DNA of 58,624 nt from NCBI GenBank assembly GCA_041654215.1, contig JBAZDY010000001.1:1-58624 (forward strand), read 5' to 3'. The translations under genes and the position numbers were made by a program. Source of the DNA: Candidatus Omnitrophota bacterium. Lineage in GTDB: Bacteria; Omnitrophota; Gorgyraeia; Gygaellales; Profunditerraquicolaceae. Below, one piece after another: positions 52,913-58,624 of this stretch (position 1 is the first letter of the stretch; every line of letters starts with the position of its first letter). The notes beneath the pieces were generated by a model that ran no database searches, was not told where the DNA came from, and saw only the letters and a program-made list of their open reading frames with translations.

Positions 52913-53920
52913 TCAGGAGGCGGAGCAGACGCGGTTGCGTCCGCCGTGCTTCGCCATATAAAGGAATTTGTCGGCGCTATCCACCAGGCTCTCCATCTCC
53001 GACGCGTCCTGCGGAAAGGTGGCCACGCCGATGCTGATGGTTACGCGCAGGTCTTCGTCGTAAGCTCTGATCTGCCTGGATTCGACCGCGCGCCGGATAC
53101 GTTCGGCGGCGAAAAGCGCGCCCGCCTTGTCTGTCTCGGTAAGGATAAGGGAAAACTCCTCCCCGCCGTACCTGCCGAACAAATCTATCTGGCGGATATT
53201 TTCCCTGATAATGGCCGCGGTTTCCTTCAGAATAACATCCCCCACCAGATGCCCGTAATGGTCGTTGTAGAACTTAAAATGGTCTATATCTATCATCAGG
53301 AAAGAGAACCGGTAGTTGAAACGCTTCGAACGGAGGATCTCCTCGCGGAAACGTTCCGCCCAATAGCGGCGGCTGAAGGCGCTGGTCAAAGAATCGGTGA
53401 CCGCCAGGGTCTGCACCCGTTTGAACAGTTCCGCGCGCTTCAATCCGAGAATGAACTGCTGGCCGAATATCTGGAATTGCTCGCTATCTTCCATCCTCAG
53501 GCCGTAGACGCCGAGGTACCCGAACATCTTCCCGTCGATGGAAAGCGGAAAGAAATACTCCCCCTCCCGGCGCCTTTCGGGTGTCTGCTCCTGCCTGACA
53601 AAACCGCAATGCACTTCACCGCCGAAGTATTTAACCGCCTGCTCCCGGAAGACCGCCGCCAGCTTATCTTCGTCAAGAGACTTGCAAACCTCTCCGGTCA
53701 GCTCGTAAATAGCCGCGGTCCTGGAGAGTTTTCCCTTCTCTTCCTCAAGGACTGAACGCAGTTCGGCATCCTCCTCGTTAAGCTTCTCCAGCTCGCGGCG
53801 CAAAAGCGGCACTTCATCCTGCCGGCGTTTCAACAGCAGGCCCAGCAACCTGCGCAGGACAGCCGCGTAGACCGCCAGGGAAAAAAGGAGCACAAACCAA
53901 ATCATAGCTTCGCTTTTCAC
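52913..53920 (-). CDS. Membrane-anchored diguanylate cyclase (GGDEF)
   Basis: One TM helix, a coiled-coil segment, then DSLTSAFSRRY, MIDIDHFKFYND, RYGGEEF and MAKHGGRN. Confidence 0.85.
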   Translation of the reverse strand: MKSEAMIWFVLLFSLAVYAAVLRRLLGLLLKRRQDEVPLLRRELEKLNEEDAELRSVLEEEKGKLSRTAAIYELTGEVCKSLDEDKLAAVFREQAVKYFGGEVHCGFVRQEQTPERRREGEYFFPLSIDGKMFGYLGVYGLRMEDSEQFQIFGQQFILGLKRAELFKRVQTLAVTDSLTSAFSRRYWAERFREEILRSKRFNYRFSFLMIDIDHFKFYNDHYGHLVGDVILKETAAIIRENIRQIDLFGRYGGEEFSLILTETDKAGALFAAERIRRAVESRQIRAYDEDLRVTISIGVATFPQDASEMESLVDSADKFLYMAKHGGRNRVCSAS

Positions 53921-55257
53921 GCAATCACCACCCTGTTCCTGCCGCCGTTCTTGGCCGCATACATCGCCTTATCCGCCTTTATGATCAGCTCATCCTCATA
54001 ACCGGCGTCGGTAGGGAAGGCCGAAACCCCTATCGATACTGTCATCTTTTCCTGCTGCTGGCGCAGGCTTATCCTGGAAGCCGCGACCACGGAACACAGT
54101 TCTTCGGCAAGACGCGCCCCTTTCTTCTTGTCCGTGTCGGGAAGTATCACGCAGAATTCCTCCCCGCCGAACCTGCTTATCACCGGGCTGAACTCTCCCA
54201 ACGAATCGGTCAGCAGACGGCTCAAATTCTTGAGCACGATGTCTCCGGCGATATGACCGAAATTATCGTTATACTGTTTGAAATGGTCGATATCCACCAT
54301 CAACAGGGAGAAGCAGCTATTCTTGCGGCGCACGCTCCTGCGTATCTCTTCCCGCAGACGCTCGATCAGGTAACCTTTGGTATAAAGCCCGGTAAGCCCG
54401 TCGTGTATGGCGAATTCCTTGGTGCGCTGGAAAAGCATACTGTTCTCCAGGGCGACCGCGCCTATGCCGCAGATAACGGACAGAAAACGCAGGTCCTCCT
54501 GGGTATACGCGCCCGGACGCTGGTTATCGAGCCGCAGTAACCCCAGAAAAGAATCGGCGCTTGCCAGAGGAGCGCTTATCAGGGAACGCACCGATCTGGA
54601 GCCGGCATCCGCGGCCTTTTCCAGGTCGAAACGGAAATCGCTGCGCGTGTCTTCGACAAGCAGATTGCCGGAATGCCGCATCACCCAGAGATCGAATATA
54701 TCGCCCTCCTTGTCCTTGACCACGCTTTTCTTGTCCTCTTTGCGGGTTTTGAAAAGGGTGAGCCGGCGGCTGTAGGGATCTGCCAAATACAAGGAACAGG
54801 TACCGGCCTTCCCGCCGATCAGGTCGAATACCACTCCGGTAAGATTATGCGCCACCGAATCCAGACTGAGATCGTCATTGACCTTCTCTACGATCTCTTT
54901 CAGCTCGCCATAGAGCACAGACCTGGCGCGCGCCGATTCTATTTCGCTCTTCTGCTTGCGGACCGAATCTCCGGAAAGATTAATGCGCTCCTGCAGGCAC
55001 TCCGCGTCGAAAGATATTTTTCTGAGCCCGGAATTGTAGCGCGCGAAAAGCCATAAGGTAAAAGAAATGAATCCGAGATAGAACAGGAAGAGGCTGAGCG
55101 GCGGGACCGCCTTGAGAAATAAAGCGGGGAGAAAAAATACGGCGCCTGCCGAGGCGGCAAGGAACAGCCTCTGCGGAACGCCGCGCGGTTTTGCCCGGGA
55201 AGCTTTGTCGGGTCTCATCGTGCTTATATTATAACGCAAAGCGGCGCCCGGAGTCAA
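53917..55257 (-). CDS. Membrane-anchored GAF plus GGDEF diguanylate cyclase
   Basis: Two TM helices, a GAF-like middle section, then DGLTGLYTKGY, MVDIDHFKQYND, RFGGEEF and AAKNGGRN. There is a 4-nt overlap with the downstream GGDEF gene. Confidence 0.85.
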   Translation of the reverse strand: MTPGAALRYNISTMRPDKASRAKPRGVPQRLFLAASAGAVFFLPALFLKAVPPLSLFLFYLGFISFTLWLFARYNSGLRKISFDAECLQERINLSGDSVRKQKSEIESARARSVLYGELKEIVEKVNDDLSLDSVAHNLTGVVFDLIGGKAGTCSLYLADPYSRRLTLFKTRKEDKKSVVKDKEGDIFDLWVMRHSGNLLVEDTRSDFRFDLEKAADAGSRSVRSLISAPLASADSFLGLLRLDNQRPGAYTQEDLRFLSVICGIGAVALENSMLFQRTKEFAIHDGLTGLYTKGYLIERLREEIRRSVRRKNSCFSLLMVDIDHFKQYNDNFGHIAGDIVLKNLSRLLTDSLGEFSPVISRFGGEEFCVILPDTDKKKGARLAEELCSVVAASRISLRQQQEKMTVSIGVSAFPTDAGYEDELIIKADKAMYAAKNGGRNRVVIA

Positions 55258-55281
55258 CAGGCTAAAAAAACACCTGCGCGG

Positions 55282-56385
55282 CTAAACGATGGTCTCTTCG
55301 CTTTCTTTGTCGAAGAAATGCACCTTGCTCATATCGAAGACGACCTCGATGTCCTGATTGACCTTGGGACGGTCATGCGCACCTACCCGGGCGATGAAAG
55401 TGTGTTTCCCTGTGTTAAGATAGAGATAGACCTCCGACCCCATAGGCTCGACCACCTCGCAGTTGACCCTGACGATGTTCTCCGGGGCGGCGTCGGAAGC
55501 GAAAAGCTTGTCGTAGATATCCTCCGACCTGATGCCGAAAATGATCTCTTTGCCGGCGTAAGGCGCAAGCTTGCTCGTCATTTCATCTATTATCTTGACC
55601 TTGACTCGCCCTTCCTCGAAATAAAGACGGTTGTCCTTTTTTACTATTTTTCCGTTCATGAAATTCATCGGCGGCATCCCGATAAACCCGGCGACGAACT
55701 TGTTCTTCGGTCTATCGTAAATGGTCATCGGATCGGCCACCTGCTGAATCACCCCGCCCCTCATGACGGCAATACGATCGCCCATGGTCATGGCCTCGGT
55801 CTGGTCGTGCGTGACATAAATAATGGTGGTTTGAATACGGATGTGCAGTTTGTGTATCTCGGTGCGCATCTGCACGCGCAGTTTGGCGTCGAGATTACTC
55901 AAAGGCTCGTCAAAAAGAAAGACCATCGGTTTGCGCACGATCGCCCTGCCCAGCGCCACTCGCTGGCGCTCGCCGCCGGAAAGTTCCTTCGGCCTGCGCT
56001 CCAAAAGGTGCTTTATGCCTAATATCTCAGCCGCTTCGTTGACCCGCTGGGCGATCTCGGTTTTTGGATAATGGCGCAGGCGCAGCCCGAACGACATGTT
56101 CTCGAAAACCGTCATATGAGGATAAAGGGCGTAGTTCTGAAAGACCATTGCTATGTCGCGATCCTTGGCCGGCACATCGTTGACGCGTTTATTGCCTATA
56201 TAGATGTCGCCGTCGGTTATCTCTTCGAGTCCCGCGATCATCCTCAAGGTGGTGGATTTCCCGCAGCCGGAAGGCCCGACCAGGACCATAAATTCTTTGT
56301 TTTCCACTCCAAGGTTTACATTATTAACCACTTTCGCGCCGGTGCTGTATATCTTCGATACATTCTTCAGGCTTACCTGTGCCAT
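55282..56385 (-). CDS. Sugar-type ABC transporter ATPase (MalK/UgpC/MsiK family), orphan
   Basis: GPSGCGKSTTLRMIAGLE, LSGGERQRVALGRA, FLFDEPLSNLDA, and a C-terminal TOBE-like domain. No permease or binding-protein gene lies nearby. Confidence 0.9.
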   Translation of the reverse strand: MAQVSLKNVSKIYSTGAKVVNNVNLGVENKEFMVLVGPSGCGKSTTLRMIAGLEEITDGDIYIGNKRVNDVPAKDRDIAMVFQNYALYPHMTVFENMSFGLRLRHYPKTEIAQRVNEAAEILGIKHLLERRPKELSGGERQRVALGRAIVRKPMVFLFDEPLSNLDAKLRVQMRTEIHKLHIRIQTTIIYVTHDQTEAMTMGDRIAVMRGGVIQQVADPMTIYDRPKNKFVAGFIGMPPMNFMNGKIVKKDNRLYFEEGRVKVKIIDEMTSKLAPYAGKEIIFGIRSEDIYDKLFASDAAPENIVRVNCEVVEPMGSEVYLYLNTGKHTFIARVGAHDRPKVNQDIEVVFDMSKVHFFDKESEETIV

Positions 56386-56447
56386 GTCTCTCTCTCCCGC
56401 ATTATCTGAATGGATTTCTCATGCCGAAAACAGCTTTAAAATATTTA

Positions 56448-57299
56448 TTATACACCCTTATTCGCAAGATAGTCAAGCAACAAGCTTATGGTATTCTTCA
56501 TATTCTTGCGGTTGACGATGATGTCGATCATTCCGTGTTCCTGGAGGAATTCCGAGCGCTGGAATCCCGGGGGGAGCTTCTGTCTTATGGTCTGCTCGAT
56601 GACTCTCGGGCCGGTGAAACCGATCAGCGCTTTCGGCTCGGCAAGGGTTATATCCCCCAGAGCGGCGAAAGAAGCCATTATCCCGGCCATGGTCGGATTG
56701 GTCAGCACCGAAAGATACGGCAGGCCGCCGCGGTGATGATACGCCAGGGCCGCCGAGGTCTTGGCCATCTGCATAAGGCTTAAAACCCCCTCATACATCC
56801 TCGCCCCGCCGCCGGAACCGGAGACTATGATTACCGGCAGCCGGCCGGCCGTGGCGAACTCCACGGCGCGGGTTATCTTCTCTCCCACCACAGAGCCCAT
56901 CGAACCCATTATGAAACGCGAATCCGTGACCGCCAGCACCGCCCTGTGCCCGTTGATCAGCCCCTCGCCGGTGATGACCGCGTCTTTTAGATTGGTGGCT
57001 TTCCTGTCCTGATCGAGCTTCTCGATGTAGGTCTTGGGCCCTTTAAACTCCAGAGGATCCGCGGCAAGCATGTCCGCGTCGAACTCCTTAAAGGTATCCT
57101 TATCCATTAGCAAATTCACCCTGGAGACGGCGTCCAGGGTGAAATGATAATTGCATTTCGGACAGACCCGCAGATTCTCCTCCAGGGTCTTATTGTAAAG
57201 GGTCTCGAAACACTCCTCGCACTTGGTCCAGAGGCCGTCCGGTATCTCCTTTTTCTTTATCTTTACTACCGTGTATTTGGGCTTGCCGAAAAGAGACAT
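56448..57299 (-). CDS. accD: Acetyl-CoA carboxylase carboxyltransferase beta subunit
   Basis: N-terminal zinc ribbon CEECFETLY...CPKCNYH, then GSMGSVVGEK and SGGARM. Confidence 0.9.
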   Translation of the reverse strand: MSLFGKPKYTVVKIKKKEIPDGLWTKCEECFETLYNKTLEENLRVCPKCNYHFTLDAVSRVNLLMDKDTFKEFDADMLAADPLEFKGPKTYIEKLDQDRKATNLKDAVITGEGLINGHRAVLAVTDSRFIMGSMGSVVGEKITRAVEFATAGRLPVIIVSGSGGGARMYEGVLSLMQMAKTSAALAYHHRGGLPYLSVLTNPTMAGIMASFAALGDITLAEPKALIGFTGPRVIEQTIRQKLPPGFQRSEFLQEHGMIDIIVNRKNMKNTISLLLDYLANKGV

Positions 57300-57308
57300 A
57301 TATCGTCC

Positions 57309-58583
57309 TTAATGTTTATGCACGACCATGCCGGAGATCAGTTTAGGGTAGAAGAAAGTTGATTTCGCGGGCATCTTCTCCCCCTTCAAAGCCACGGAGA
57401 TTATCTGCTCCATCGTCACCGGACGCAGGAAGAACGCCATGCGCCCCTCGCCGGCGTCCACGGCCTTGATCGTCTCCTCGCGGTCTTCGGAATATTTCAA
57501 CGCGTCCTTCGACTCCGGAAGCAGGCCGAGAATGCCGAGAAAAACGAGCTGGTTCAATATCGAGACGTCCAACAGGCGGTACTCCCGGGACTTGTCCGGC
57601 ATGAGTTTATCAAGCGATTTTTTGTCTTTCAGGCGCAGCAAACGGTATTTACCGGACATATACATGCCTATAACATGGCTGGAAGACGGCGCCGAGCGCA
57701 GAGCCGCGAAGAGTCCGGCCTTGCCCATGGGAGCGGAAACCTCGAAATGTTCTTTAAGCTGTTCCAGGAATTGCTTCTCGCCTTGCGGCAGGGAGGTTTT
57801 CACCAGGCGGTGTATCGGAAGAATGCTCAAACCGCTTGGATCGGCGCCGGTGAAATAGGCCAGGGTGCAATCGTAACTCTGTTCCCCCTTCTTTCGGCCG
57901 GCCTTCTCCTTCATCTGCCTGCGGTAAGCGCAGGAGACTTCGTAACGGTGGTGTCCGTCGGCAATGAAGATACATTCCTTGCTTAAAGCTCCCCTCACCA
58001 TCTCCACTAACGCGGGATCGCTGACCCGCCACATCTTGTGTTCGACACCCGCGTCGTCCGTAAAAAAGACATCCGGATCGCGTGGGGTAATGTATTTGCG
58101 CACGAATGCCGGCATAAACTTTTTCTTATCGGGAAAAACGGCGAAGATGGGGCTAAGGTTCGCCTTTACCTCTTTGATAAGCCTCAACCTGTCTTCTTTG
58201 GCCTCCAGGCGCGTGTGTTCGTGTCCGTAAACGGAGGAGTTTTTGTCTTCAAGTTTCAACAGCCCCATAAAACCGGTGCGCAGCATCACATTCCCGTCCA
58301 CCCGGTATTTCTGGCTGTAGAAATAAAAAGCCGGTTCATCGTCCCGGCGTAATATACCCTGGTCAAGCCAGCCGTTAAAATAAGCGGCCGCGCGGCGGTA
58401 TTTATTCTCGCCACGAACGTCTTTGCCCAGTATTATATGGATGAAATTGAACGGATCGCGGCGCAGGTAATTCTCCTGCTGCTCCGGGGAAATGACGTCG
58501 TAAGGCGGACAGACGACCCTGTCGACACCTGCTATCCTCTCCTGGTTATATACCACGGCTCGAAAAGGCCTTATTTTCGTCAT
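57309..58583 (-). CDS. DUF1015-family protein
   Basis: The ATG at 58583 gives MTKIRPFRAVVYN...VVCPPYDVIS...IADGHHRY. The track start at 58610 is a TTG. Confidence 0.75.
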   Translation of the reverse strand: MTKIRPFRAVVYNQERIAGVDRVVCPPYDVISPEQQENYLRRDPFNFIHIILGKDVRGENKYRRAAAYFNGWLDQGILRRDDEPAFYFYSQKYRVDGNVMLRTGFMGLLKLEDKNSSVYGHEHTRLEAKEDRLRLIKEVKANLSPIFAVFPDKKKFMPAFVRKYITPRDPDVFFTDDAGVEHKMWRVSDPALVEMVRGALSKECIFIADGHHRYEVSCAYRRQMKEKAGRKKGEQSYDCTLAYFTGADPSGLSILPIHRLVKTSLPQGEKQFLEQLKEHFEVSAPMGKAGLFAALRSAPSSSHVIGMYMSGKYRLLRLKDKKSLDKLMPDKSREYRLLDVSILNQLVFLGILGLLPESKDALKYSEDREETIKAVDAGEGRMAFFLRPVTMEQIISVALKGEKMPAKSTFFYPKLISGMVVHKH

Positions 58584-58624
58584 TTTATGAAAGGCAAAAC
58601 CGGCTTTCAAACCGGGGATTTCTG

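Noticed and set aside
1-58624. Search for CRISPR arrays, rRNA genes, transposases, integrases, reverse transcriptases and further tRNAs.
   Set aside because: No regularly spaced direct repeats, no rRNA-like conserved blocks and no DDE, tyrosine/serine recombinase or RT motifs appear in any frame. Only one T-loop-containing cloverleaf was found, at 21881-21950.

Overview
This window looks like a chromosomal segment of an uncultivated Gram-negative, probably anaerobic, bacterium. The evidence is LptD, heptose/LPS genes, many Fe-S and radical SAM enzymes, and a PVC/Omnitrophota-style small basic protein; the taxonomy is inference only. Gene density is high, and from about 5.6 kb to the end almost every gene is on the minus strand, often with 1-4 nt stop/start overlaps.

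Most of the content is housekeeping: aroB, aroQ, thiC/thiE, gmhA plus a heptose adenylyltransferase, pfk, accB/accC/accD, efp, rpsU (missing from the ORF track), lptD, a transaldolase and a ROK kinase. There is one tRNA-Gly(CCC). I found no rRNA, CRISPR array, transposase or integrase.

The most unusual region is 40.5-52.7 kb. It holds four paralogous U32-family (UbiU/UbiV/RlhA-like) Fe-S proteins that each carry an extra C-terminal Cx4Cx2Cx2C motif. With them are two B12-binding radical SAM enzymes, an ArnT/PMT-like GT-C membrane glycosyltransferase, and a trio of Fe-S protein, G3E-type GTPase and membrane-less ABC ATPase. I cannot assign this set to any characterised pathway.

Other points of interest:
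- a ParA/MinD ATPase fused to a CBM48 glycogen-binding domain next to a GH57 glucan enzyme;
- a modular intergenic repeat family, with copies at 1-115, 19189-19393 and 52811-52851 and a fragment at 26648-26662;
- a small DUF4258/DUF2283 toxin-antitoxin islet bracketed by a 20-nt direct repeat;
- dense c-di-GMP signalling: 2 PilZ, 1 HD-GYP and 2 GGDEF proteins;
- an out-of-frame split of thiE from its usual N-terminal domain.

All family assignments come from motifs read by eye in the supplied translations. No database search was run.
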